A stretch of DNA of 40,787 bases from the sequence record OZ370879.1; one strand, written 5' to 3'. Every line of letters begins with the position of its first letter. Positions within the stretch are counted from its first letter, which is position 1. Positions 9,346 through 18,963 of this stretch are shown here, piece after piece. Source of the DNA: a phage. The notes under the pieces are model-generated. The model was not told the origin of the DNA. It saw only the letters and a program-made list of their open reading frames with translations, and did no database searches. The position numbers and the translations under genes are program-made.

Positions 9346-11589
9346 TTACTCCTTACGTCCGTAGATGAACTTAGGAGTCTGTTTACGTTTCTCTCGGACT
9401 CGTTTAGCAGCAGCTTCACGGGCCTTCGTAGCGGCAACTATAGGTGCTCGCTTGTTCACATCAGCCAGAGCCTTCTCACGAGCTTTCTCTTCGAGTTTCT
9501 TCTGGTTCTCACTCCAGACCTTCGAGAGTAACTCTTTGTCGTATCGGACTCTGACTTGACCTGTGGTGTCCATAAGGTAAATGGAGTCACCTTGAGAATA
9601 CATGGTCAGTTGCTTATTGGTTATCCAAGGGTTGCTCGCAATGATTCCCTTACGTGCTTCCTCCAGAATATCCCGACCTTGCTCCCATGATTTCGGGTCA
9701 GAGTTAACCTGCATCATATTCTTAGGAATCACACCAACGGTATCACCGTCAACATCATCACCAGTGAACGTGTAGGTAGATTCCTTAAGGAACTTGGTCA
9801 TCTGCTCCATAGCCATGCTTTCGTTCCCCGAGCGATACTTAACGGAGTCATAAATCTTACGTGCAGATTCGCGCAGTGACGCTGGCATACGGGCAATCTC
9901 AGGAGCCTTAGATGCATTCAGTGCAGACTCGAATGCTTTATCATCCTCAAAGCGTTGCTCTTTGGACCGCTTAACAGTCAGTCGGTCGGCATCAAGAATA
10001 ACCTGAGGGTCAATACCCTGCTTGTCCATCATGTCCATCGTCAGGAATAGCTCAGCTTGGTCTGGGTATAGCGCAGCAATCAACTGAGGGTCAGCATTGC
10101 GGATTCTGCGCAGAGCATCCATAGCTGGGGTTCGTTCTGGTAACTTACCGTTAATCACAGCGGCAGACCACTCTTGACCAGCGTCAGTGACCATGGTTCC
10201 GATGGCTGTACGGAATGCTCCGTCCTTAGAGTCCGCTTGAAGGTACTTCAACTTCATAGCATCCTTGGCACCGTCTGGAATGTCCATACTGTCAATCTCA
10301 GCGAGCTTCTTATTGGCGTAGTTAACCATATCGCTATGCTTGAACTCACCAGTGTTCTCGTTGACTGGCATATCCTTAAAATCCGTTGAGACCCACTCAC
10401 CGTTGATTCGCTTCTGGAATTGCTTGTCGATTACGTCAAGTTTGTTCATTGACTTCATGGAATCGTCCAGAGCCTTGGCCTGAGCTTTCGTCCATGCGTT
10501 CATCTGATTCTGAACTTGTTCCTGTGCGGAGATTAGCCACTCACGTTGTGGTGTCATCTGCTCATCAGGTTGGACCTTATCTAGTTCAGCCTTGATACCT
10601 TGAAGCATCTCCCAAGCTGTCCTTGGGTCCTCTTGGTTCAGCGCAGAGTTAATCTTCAAGCGATACTGCTCGTTCAGCTTCGCGTCAGTCTCAAACTGAG
10701 AACGTTGTGCTGTGACCATGAGAGCGTTCCACTGTTCCTCACCAATCAACTCTCGGTAAGTCGTAGTGGCTCCGTTAAGTGTTACCTTCTTGTCACCGAC
10801 TCGCATCAGGAAGTCAGCACCACCAGCACGGCTAGAAGCGTCACTGAACGCTTGGCTTATAAGCTGTGTGGCTTGAGCATCAGATGGGATTGCGCCAGTA
10901 ACCAGACCGTTGTCGATATACTTCTCAAAGAAGTCAGCAGAGTCTGGACGACGCAGCATATCAGGGTCTTGAAGGACACCGTTGAGTTCCACTCGGCTGT
11001 TCATGATAGCGCCCTTCTGAGCTTGCTGGCTCAAGAAGTTATCATGCGCACCATACAGCGAGATGTTACGCTCGGTAATGTCCCCGTTGAAACCACGCTG
11101 ATAATCAACGTCCTCAGGGTCGATGCCGAACTGCTCAGCGTATACCTTAGCGCCCTCTTGAAGGCGACTATGGCGATACTCTTCCATCTCTTCGCGAGTA
11201 CGGAAGACACCCTCTTTTATCTTCTGCATAACGTCATCGTCCACAAGATACGCAGCGTTACGACCAGTCTTGACTCGGAGTGCTTCCATAGCGTATGGGT
11301 CATCCTGATACAGAAGGGTCCCGTTGTTGAGAGCTTCTCGACGTTGCTCAGGGGTCAGCTTACGGATAATCTCGTTAGAGCGTTCATCAGCTAGGTCTCG
11401 TGCTCGTTGTTCCTTAGCGGTATACATATCGGCACCAGCCTTAGCGAACCGACCAATGGTGTCCAATAGGCTTGACCTTGGCTGTTCGGCCTGAGTGGTT
11501 GCTGCACGATAGCCCATACCTCCAGCACCACCACGTAACCGAGAGAGTCCCGGTTGTGCCGCTTGAAGGGCAGATTCAATTTTACTCAT
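9346..11589 (-). CDS. 15: Internal virion protein C (gp15, 747 aa)
   Basis: 747-aa ORF, position and length as T7 gp15. Confidence 0.95.
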   Translation of the reverse strand: MSKIESALQAAQPGLSRLRGGAGGMGYRAATTQAEQPRSSLLDTIGRFAKAGADMYTAKEQRARDLADERSNEIIRKLTPEQRREALNNGTLLYQDDPYAMEALRVKTGRNAAYLVDDDVMQKIKEGVFRTREEMEEYRHSRLQEGAKVYAEQFGIDPEDVDYQRGFNGDITERNISLYGAHDNFLSQQAQKGAIMNSRVELNGVLQDPDMLRRPDSADFFEKYIDNGLVTGAIPSDAQATQLISQAFSDASSRAGGADFLMRVGDKKVTLNGATTTYRELIGEEQWNALMVTAQRSQFETDAKLNEQYRLKINSALNQEDPRTAWEMLQGIKAELDKVQPDEQMTPQREWLISAQEQVQNQMNAWTKAQAKALDDSMKSMNKLDVIDKQFQKRINGEWVSTDFKDMPVNENTGEFKHSDMVNYANKKLAEIDSMDIPDGAKDAMKLKYLQADSKDGAFRTAIGTMVTDAGQEWSAAVINGKLPERTPAMDALRRIRNADPQLIAALYPDQAELFLTMDMMDKQGIDPQVILDADRLTVKRSKEQRFEDDKAFESALNASKAPEIARMPASLRESARKIYDSVKYRSGNESMAMEQMTKFLKESTYTFTGDDVDGDTVGVIPKNMMQVNSDPKSWEQGRDILEEARKGIIASNPWITNKQLTMYSQGDSIYLMDTTGQVRVRYDKELLSKVWSENQKKLEEKAREKALADVNKRAPIVAATKAREAAAKRVREKRKQTPKFIYGRKE

Positions 11590-11595
11590 AGCTCA

Positions 11596-12186
11596 TTACC
11601 TCCCCGTCTTGGTTCCTTTAGCGGCAACAATAGGTGCCTTAGTTGTGGACTTAGAGTCGAACGCACCGGATGCGTAAGCACTCGCAGCGGAAGACCCCAT
11701 GATAGCCAGTGGGTCCAGAACCATCTGTAGCTTACTCTTCTGTTTCTGTTCGCTCTTATAGATTTCGTCAATCTGACTTGCAGCACTTTGAGTACCACCA
11801 AGTTGCTGTGCGAAGATTGCTTGGTAGTCACGGCGATAGTTCTCAGTTACCATATTGGCTTCCCGAATGAACTGTCCTTCTGTGACTCGCTTAATGCGGT
11901 CCATTGAGGAACCTTCAAGCATACTCTCTCCGATAGCCGCTCGGATAGACCCAATAGCTTGGACCTTCTGCATGTTCTGTGAGGTCAACTCGGCGGACGC
12001 TTCCTCAAGTTTACTTCGAGCTTGCAACGATAGGTCAGCATTCTGGATGTTCGTCTGCCTCATGATTTCCATAGCTTGACGACGACCAGCAGCGGTCTGA
12101 GCGGCAATCATTTTGGCCTGAGCGTTCTGACCACTGATAGCCTGAGCGCCAGATATAGCGATAGGTATTGCGGCTGCCCAACACAT
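11596..12186 (-). CDS. 14: Internal virion protein B (gp14, 196 aa)
   Basis: Start at ATG for MCWAAAIPIAISGAQ... (12186); 196 aa as in T7 gp14; the ORF-track upstream extension is not used. Confidence 0.9.
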   Translation of the reverse strand: MCWAAAIPIAISGAQAISGQNAQAKMIAAQTAAGRRQAMEIMRQTNIQNADLSLQARSKLEEASAELTSQNMQKVQAIGSIRAAIGESMLEGSSMDRIKRVTEGQFIREANMVTENYRRDYQAIFAQQLGGTQSAASQIDEIYKSEQKQKSKLQMVLDPLAIMGSSAASAYASGAFDSKSTTKAPIVAAKGTKTGR

Positions 12187-12190
12187 ATGG

Positions 12191-12607
12191 TTATCCTCCT
12201 TTCGTGATTGTAAATAACTGAAATTGACCATCTCGTGTGTACTCTTCATGGAATACCGCACCGATAGTCTTGAGGAAACGAATGTGGGACGTATTGCCTA
12301 CCCATACGTAATTCCAAAGAGTATCATACTTCTCAAGCATCTTATCGCGATACTCCATGATTAACTTACGGAACTTTCGCTTAGCCTTTCCACTAAGTCG
12401 CCACACTTGGTCGCTCGTAACGAACCAGCACTGGTCCCCGCAGTTACCACCGATAGCTAGAGGGAACCCATAGAGGCTCAACGTGACACACTCGGAAGCA
12501 TCAGGGAAACTCGGCTCAATACCAGCAGCCTTAGCTTCAAGAATGTCATGGTGAGCCGGAGTGAATACCTCAAAGTCTGTACTTTTAGTAGGTCTTATAG
12601 TCATCAT
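12191..12607 (-). CDS. 13: Internal virion protein A (gp13, 138 aa)
   Basis: 138-aa ORF downstream of the phi13 promoter. Confidence 0.9.
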   Translation of the reverse strand: MMTIRPTKSTDFEVFTPAHHDILEAKAAGIEPSFPDASECVTLSLYGFPLAIGGNCGDQCWFVTSDQVWRLSGKAKRKFRKLIMEYRDKMLEKYDTLWNYVWVGNTSHIRFLKTIGAVFHEEYTRDGQFQLFTITKGG

Positions 12608-12634
12608 AAGAAAACCCTCCCGTAGTCGTATTGT

Positions 12635-12657
12635 TCTCCCTATAGTGAGTCGTATTA
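12635..12657 (-). promoter_or_regulatory. T7 class III promoter phi13
   Basis: Exact reverse-complement consensus tctccctatagtgagtcgtatta. Confidence 0.85.
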
Positions 12658-12687
12658 ATTTCGAGCCACCACAGGGAGAATATTTAA

Positions 12688-15072
12688 TTAAATACCGGAA
12701 CTTCTCCGTAAGTAGTTACCTCCCCAGCCACACCCAATGATGTTCAGAGGGGTAGTCTCATCTGACAAGATGTATACAGTGTTGAACTTGGCGTTACCAA
12801 CCACAGGGAATCGATATTGTCCGGTCCCTAAGTTCAGTCTCCCAGCCCTCAGAGTGTTAGAGCCTAATCGGGCACCAGCCATTGTGTACTTCCAGTTAGA
12901 CGATTGGTTCTCAACATAAATGTCAAACGTACCAGAGTTCTCGTAGTTAACCCACGCTCGGCGTAACTGTAAGCGCCCAATGTCTTCCGTGGAGGTAGAC
13001 CCGTCGTCGGCAGTCTGCTTGATGAGGAACTTAGAGAACTCATATACGAAGTTAATGTTGAACCCAATGTACACCATGCGTCCCTCCAAGTTACCGCTGA
13101 GTCTCAGCCAAGGGTCGCTATTCCACCCAGCCGTAGGTTGCTCAAACACGGTTATCTTACCATCAGGCTCCAATACAGTGATTTTGCCCCTCCCGAAGTT
13201 TGCACCATAAATTGTTGGAATATGAATAGAGGTAGTGAATGTGTCATCGTTGTATGTTCCACTAGGAATCGTGTATCGAATCTTCATGTCCATAAAGGCA
13301 CGATAGGGTTCTCCCTGTAAGTCAATGGCGTTCTTAGTGAAAGAGATTCTAGCTAGGAACGTATTGAACTCATTGCGAAGAATCACATACATATCTGAGC
13401 TGATACTCTGACAAGCTAGAACCTGTACGTTTTCCCCAAAGTCCCAATGAGACCACGACTGTTGCCTTAACTCTTCGTTCAGGTACAGGAATTTGTACAT
13501 GAAGATTTTACTAGGGTCCCCGTGAGATAGTACCGAACAGAAGTTTTCCGTACCACTTCCGCAAATACTGAACACACCATTAGGGATGTAGTTAGGAACG
13601 TGTGATGTAATGTCCTCAGCATTCTTAACGGAACTGACATCCTGCACAGCGTAGTACCTGTGGATGGACGTGAAGCTGGACCTCGGACTAGCAAAGTAGA
13701 CATTACGCCCAATCCCAAAAGGTCTCGCTCGGTCCTGTACGTCAAACTGGGTCGTTAGGTTCAACTCAACCGACTTAGATGTGAGAGTACCCGAGGCAGT
13801 CAGGACGAATTGTGCTTCATCGGACCAGATGAGTAACTCTTCTGAGAACGGAACGGCGTACTTAAGGATTGCTATTCGGTTGGTACTCACAGCTACGTCT
13901 ATAGGGTCGTCATCACTAAGGTTCGCAATGGACGCAGGGTAGAAGTTGAAGTATTTGGCTGTACGACTCAATATGATGTTCTCCCCACTAAGGAATCCTA
14001 AGCGGTTACGGAAGAAGAACACATCGTTAATACTTGAACCAACAAAAGAAGGCCAAGGGTTGGTGTCAACGTCACCACAAGACTTAGGAGACCACTCAAG
14101 CCACTTGAAGTCGAAATTACCGTCAGCGGCTCGCACAAGAGCGTGTGGCATGGTTTCCCATAGAACTTGGTCCTCAGTGTTCCAACCTAAAGTCTCAGTC
14201 CAAACTTTCCGCTCAGCGTCATACCGAACGTAATACTGGTCGGCAGACTTAGAGGCGTCCCCTACGATTTTCACCATGTAGCCGTTAGGAGCATTAGGTG
14301 GCAGCTTAGAGAACGACTGAGCGTAGTGGGTCACAGGGTTAATCAACTGGTCTGCGTAGCCATCTTTAGTCGTGAAGGAGTCAATCTGTTGACCACTAGG
14401 TGCGGTCACATGGATGAACCCTTGCCCTACATTTACAGTCCAATCAGACAAGTTAGTGCGCATCTGCTTGGCTAACTCTTCAGCTAACCATTGGGCATCC
14501 GTATTGTTTACGTGTTCAGGTTGACTACCATCTGGTATCTTATACTTCGCAACGTCTTTACCGTTAATGTGTACAATTAGTTCCCTACCATACTGACCAC
14601 CACGAACGTTAATCAATCCGTCTTGATTAGGGTTGTAATTCGGTAAGTTGACAGACTTTGTGTTCTTCTGTGCAACAACGTTACGGTTAACGATGAACGT
14701 ATAGTCTGCTACAGTAACCATTCGCAGGTCGTTACGTGGATTAGCGGTCTTGATGTAGTTGGAACCGTTAGGATACCTAACTTGCTTCTCGTTACCAGAA
14801 AGGTCGAACACTCGGATTCCGCTACCAGTGAACACAGCGTAATACTGTTCGTGCTCATCTCGGTTAATCAGGTGGATGTACGGAGCTTGACCTAACGCAC
14901 CGTTGTCTCCAAGTGTATTTAAGAAAACAAGAGGTGGACGCTTTTGGAGGCCCTCGGTCTCCGAAGACCAACCGTTAACTTGGCGTGACCCTTGGTCTGG
15001 ATAACGAAGGATGTCAGGCTGTTGGCTGATACCACCCTTCAAGTTCTTGATTGATTGGCTAATGAGTGCCAT
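12688..15072 (-). CDS. 12: Tail tubular protein B (gp12, 794 aa)
   Basis: 794-aa ORF MALISQSIKNLKGGISQQPD...; matches T7 gp12. Confidence 0.95.
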   Translation of the reverse strand: MALISQSIKNLKGGISQQPDILRYPDQGSRQVNGWSSETEGLQKRPPLVFLNTLGDNGALGQAPYIHLINRDEHEQYYAVFTGSGIRVFDLSGNEKQVRYPNGSNYIKTANPRNDLRMVTVADYTFIVNRNVVAQKNTKSVNLPNYNPNQDGLINVRGGQYGRELIVHINGKDVAKYKIPDGSQPEHVNNTDAQWLAEELAKQMRTNLSDWTVNVGQGFIHVTAPSGQQIDSFTTKDGYADQLINPVTHYAQSFSKLPPNAPNGYMVKIVGDASKSADQYYVRYDAERKVWTETLGWNTEDQVLWETMPHALVRAADGNFDFKWLEWSPKSCGDVDTNPWPSFVGSSINDVFFFRNRLGFLSGENIILSRTAKYFNFYPASIANLSDDDPIDVAVSTNRIAILKYAVPFSEELLIWSDEAQFVLTASGTLTSKSVELNLTTQFDVQDRARPFGIGRNVYFASPRSSFTSIHRYYAVQDVSSVKNAEDITSHVPNYIPNGVFSICGSGTENFCSVLSHGDPSKIFMYKFLYLNEELRQQSWSHWDFGENVQVLACQSISSDMYVILRNEFNTFLARISFTKNAIDLQGEPYRAFMDMKIRYTIPSGTYNDDTFTTSIHIPTIYGANFGRGKITVLEPDGKITVFEQPTAGWNSDPWLRLSGNLEGRMVYIGFNINFVYEFSKFLIKQTADDGSTSTEDIGRLQLRRAWVNYENSGTFDIYVENQSSNWKYTMAGARLGSNTLRAGRLNLGTGQYRFPVVGNAKFNTVYILSDETTPLNIIGCGWGGNYLRRSSGI

Positions 15073-15095
15073 TAGAGCCTCCTTATTTATTAATG

Positions 15096-15686
15096 TTAGC
15101 GAGTCAGTAGACCAGAAGTGAACGCATCTCCATCCAGCATATTGTACCCACCGTAGTCCATCTCATACTCCATGCAGAGACGTCTAGCCTCATCTTCCTC
15201 TTCTTGGAGTACACCCTCTACTTCCGGTGCCCCAAAGAATCGGTTGTTGAACTGACGGGAAGCCTTGGTGACAATCCAGTAACGGAAGCACTCAGGCATC
15301 TCATCGTAGTCGCGGAGACGAATAATGTTCACAGTAATACCAGAGTCAAAGCGGTCTGATTGACTCGTTCGGTCATACACATAGCCACCTCGGTTAACGT
15401 AGATGGATTGACCGGAAGTAGACATTAGGGATAAATAGTCGTCACTGTATACAATCAGGTTGGAGTAAACATCAGGTAGTAGCGTTATGCCTTCCTCAAT
15501 GTTGAACGTCCATCCACGAGATTGAATCTGTCGGTTAATCTTGTTGAGAATACGCCGAGCGTTCGCTGCATCTGCGTTAGCGTCACCTTCCAGCGTTGAT
15601 ACCGGAGGTTCACCGATAGACGCCAGAATGTCGTTCACAGCTGATAACTCAGCGGCAGTCTCAACGTTCATATCGTATGAGCGCAT
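15096..15686 (-). CDS. 11: Tail tubular protein A (gp11, 196 aa)
   Basis: 196-aa [24 protein letters not shown]...; RBS aaaggagg upstream; matches T7 gp11. Confidence 0.95.
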
Positions 15687-15703
15687 ATAGTTCCTCCTTT
15701 CAG

Positions 15704-15748
15704 CAAAAAACCCCTCAAGACCCGTTTAGAGGCCCCAAGGGGTTATGC
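15704..15748 (-). terminator. T7 late terminator Tphi
   Basis: Sense strand reads tagcataaccccttggggcctctaaacgggtcttgaggggttttttg: a GC-rich hairpin followed by a U-run, identical to the terminator carried by pET vectors. Confidence 0.9.
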
Positions 15749-15828
15749 TAGTTATTGCTCAGCGGTGGCAGCAGCCAACTCAGCTTCCTTTCGGGCTTTG
15801 TTAGCAGCCGGATCTCCTAAGGCTCGAG

Positions 15829-16591
<763 letters not shown>

Positions 16592-16616
16592 CGGGATCGA
16601 GATCTCGATCCTCTAC

Positions 16617-16745
16617 GCCGGACGCATCGTGGCCGGCATCACCGGCGCCACAGGTGCGGTTGCTGGCGCCTATATCGCCGACATCACCGATGGGGAAGAT
16701 CGGGCTCGCCACTTCGGGCTCATGAGCGCTTGTTTCGGCGTGGGT
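16617..16745 (+). pseudogene. tetA: Fragment of pBR322 tetracycline-resistance gene tetA (about 43 internal codons), plasmid backbone remnant
   Basis: Plus strand translates to [46 protein letters not shown]; preceded by agatctcgatcc, the BglII site and destroyed BamHI junction typical of pET vectors. Confidence 0.85.
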
Positions 16746-16806
16746 ACAGAGGCCTAAGAGTGCTTTGTACTGTATGGCTCCGGTTTGGAATGTTTGCCAC
16801 GTGTTT
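16746..16806. other. 61-bp linker of unassigned origin between the gene 10A stop and the vector fragment
   Basis: Matches neither the recalled T7 sequence after gene 10A nor pBR322; contains StuI aggcct and PmlI cacgtg. Confidence 0.5.
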
Positions 16807-17844
16807 TTACTCCACTTTGAAAACCACTGCACCAGCAGCTTCTGGGCGAAGACCACCGTGGCCCATTGCGTACTTAGCGATAATCTGGTCCGCTTGGAAG
16901 TTAGCACGGCGAGCGCGCTCCAGAGCCAAGTCACGCAGCTTAACAGTACCTACCGCAGAGCGGTGCATGAACAGGCCGATAACGTTGTCCTTAGCAACCT
17001 TGACATTACCCTCACCTTTATTGGCAGGGAAGACGTGCTTCTGACCAGTAGTGCCCTCACGAGCGGTACCAGCACCACCAGCGGTGAGGTGCGGAACTTC
17101 TACAACCTCAAAGCCCATAACGTTGCGGATAGAACCCTTCTCAGGGTCAATCAGAGCAGCGTAGTTTGCTGCGTTCGGCATCAGTGCTGCCAGAATCGCA
17201 GAGTAGCTATCTGGGTCACAGTAGAACACACGGTCAGCAGCCGGAACATAGTTCTTGGTCAGAGCCGCACGAGCCTTAGTCAGAGCCGCAATAATCTCCT
17301 TACCCAGCGCAACTTGGTCGGTAAGTGCGGCCTTGTTCTGAGTGGTCTCAATTACGGTAGCAGTACCTAAGCCCTCGATGTTCTCATTATATTTGCTTTC
17401 CACGTTACACAGACCGGCAATCTCAGCCAGAACCGCACCATCCGCAGCCATCGCCAGAGATTCACCCAACTGAGAGGTATACTCAGAGCGAACGTCGTAG
17501 TGGTTCATCGCGTCCTCAATATCATAAATCAGAACGTCAGCCGTCAGGAGACCGTCAATGGTGATTACCTTCTCGGTGTGTTTGATGTCCTTACGTTTAT
17601 CGTCGAGGTTCTCGCCCGGAGCCAGATACGCTGCCTGAGTGCGACCCAGAACAGGGAACTGAGCGGATTTACCGCTGGAGATGGAACGTACCATGTGGCG
17701 AGAAGTGGTCACGGAGGTACGAGCGAACGCAGTCAGGACTTCACCGCCAAATACCTTCAAGAACAACGCCAGTTTATCTCCAGCAGCAACTACACCTTTA
17801 CCTTGGTTAGTACCCATTTGCTGTCCACCAGTCATGCTAGCCAT
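16807..17844 (-). CDS. 10A: Major capsid protein (gp10A, 345 aa)
   Basis: ORF MASMTGGQQMGTNQGKGVVAAGDKLALFLKVF...AVVFKVE, start inside NdeI catatg; matches T7 gp10A. Confidence 0.95.
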   Translation of the reverse strand: MASMTGGQQMGTNQGKGVVAAGDKLALFLKVFGGEVLTAFARTSVTTSRHMVRSISSGKSAQFPVLGRTQAAYLAPGENLDDKRKDIKHTEKVITIDGLLTADVLIYDIEDAMNHYDVRSEYTSQLGESLAMAADGAVLAEIAGLCNVESKYNENIEGLGTATVIETTQNKAALTDQVALGKEIIAALTKARAALTKNYVPAADRVFYCDPDSYSAILAALMPNAANYAALIDPEKGSIRNVMGFEVVEVPHLTAGGAGTAREGTTGQKHVFPANKGEGNVKVAKDNVIGLFMHRSAVGTVKLRDLALERARRANFQADQIIAKYAMGHGGLRPEAAGAVVFKVE

Positions 17845-17847
17845 ATG

Positions 17848-17930
17848 TATATCTCCTTCTTAAAGTTAAACAAAATTATTTCTAGAGGGAAACCGTTGTG
17901 GTCTCCCTATAGTGAGTCGTATTAATTTCG
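17848..17930 (-). promoter_or_regulatory. Native T7 class III promoter phi10 with gene 10 leader and RBS (promoter core 17902..17924)
   Basis: Exact consensus promoter followed by the s10 leader; 83 bp identical to 16509..16591. Confidence 0.9.
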
Positions 17931-17937
17931 AAGTCTA

Positions 17938-18861
17938 TCAGAAGTTCGAATCGATTACTTTCTGTTCGACTTGACGACGATAGTTGGCATCTGTGCGATA
18001 CCGAGGGTCACTCATAGCTTTAATCATCTCGCTACGGTCCGCAAAGCCTTCACGCTTGGTAGCCTGAGGTTTAGCCGGAATAGCACGATTAGTCACACTA
18101 CGAGTTGGCTTACGACCGAACGCCTTAGCGCGAGACTCACCAGCCAAGTTGATGATAGCCTTAACGGTCGCTAAGTCACGACTGGTCAACGCATTATCCA
18201 GCGACTGTGCAGCCTCAGGGTTGTGCGTCTCAAGGTGGTTATACAGTGCATCAAAACGTTCACGACCACCAGCGTACTCAATGACACTGTTTACGTACTG
18301 CTCCACCAGAGCTTCTTGACCACGGATATACGAGTCAATGAAAGCCTTCGTGTAGCCAATTTCAGCCAGCTTAGCGTAGGACTCGGCGGACAACTCTTCG
18401 TTCTCCTCGTACTCACGCTGGATAGCCTCAATGGTCTCGACACTCATGCCACGCTCAGCAGCAATGTTAATCATCTCTTGGAAGCCCTCTTCGTGCTCAC
18501 CAAGTTGCTCAGAGGCAGCTACCAGTTCTTCTGGAGTCTCGCCCAGTGGGGTAAACTCTTCGGAACCTTCGGTGCCCTCAACGCCTTCTTCTCCAGTGTC
18601 CACATCGGTCGGCTCAGAGCCATCACCGATACGAACCTGAATGCGGCCTTCGTCATCCTCTTGACCGAACGGGTCAGAGTTGTCATACAGGTCACGTTCT
18701 GTTTCCACTTCGTCTGACGCTAACTCGATTGCATCATCGCCATCACGGGCAGCAACATCAAGAGCCAGCATGTTCTGCTCATGTTCCTCAACGGAACCAC
18801 CAGACATCACAGCGGAGTTCACGCCAAAAGATGCATATACGTCTGCATTAGATTCAGCCAT
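17938..18861 (-). CDS. 9: Capsid assembly / scaffolding protein (gp9, 307 aa)
   Basis: Acidic 307-aa ORF between phi9 and phi10; matches T7 gp9. Confidence 0.95.
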   Translation of the reverse strand: MAESNADVYASFGVNSAVMSGGSVEEHEQNMLALDVAARDGDDAIELASDEVETERDLYDNSDPFGQEDDEGRIQVRIGDGSEPTDVDTGEEGVEGTEGSEEFTPLGETPEELVAASEQLGEHEEGFQEMINIAAERGMSVETIEAIQREYEENEELSAESYAKLAEIGYTKAFIDSYIRGQEALVEQYVNSVIEYAGGRERFDALYNHLETHNPEAAQSLDNALTSRDLATVKAIINLAGESRAKAFGRKPTRSVTNRAIPAKPQATKREGFADRSEMIKAMSDPRYRTDANYRRQVEQKVIDSNF

Positions 18862-18940
18862 TATTATTGTCTCCTTAAAGTTGAACTACAGGAAGACCGA
18901 GGACTCCAACCTCTTGTCATCGCTCATTTCAAAGATGAGG

Positions 18941-18963
18941 TCTCCCTATAGTGAGTCGTATTA
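18941..18963 (-). promoter_or_regulatory. T7 class III promoter phi9
   Basis: Exact reverse-complement consensus. Confidence 0.85.
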
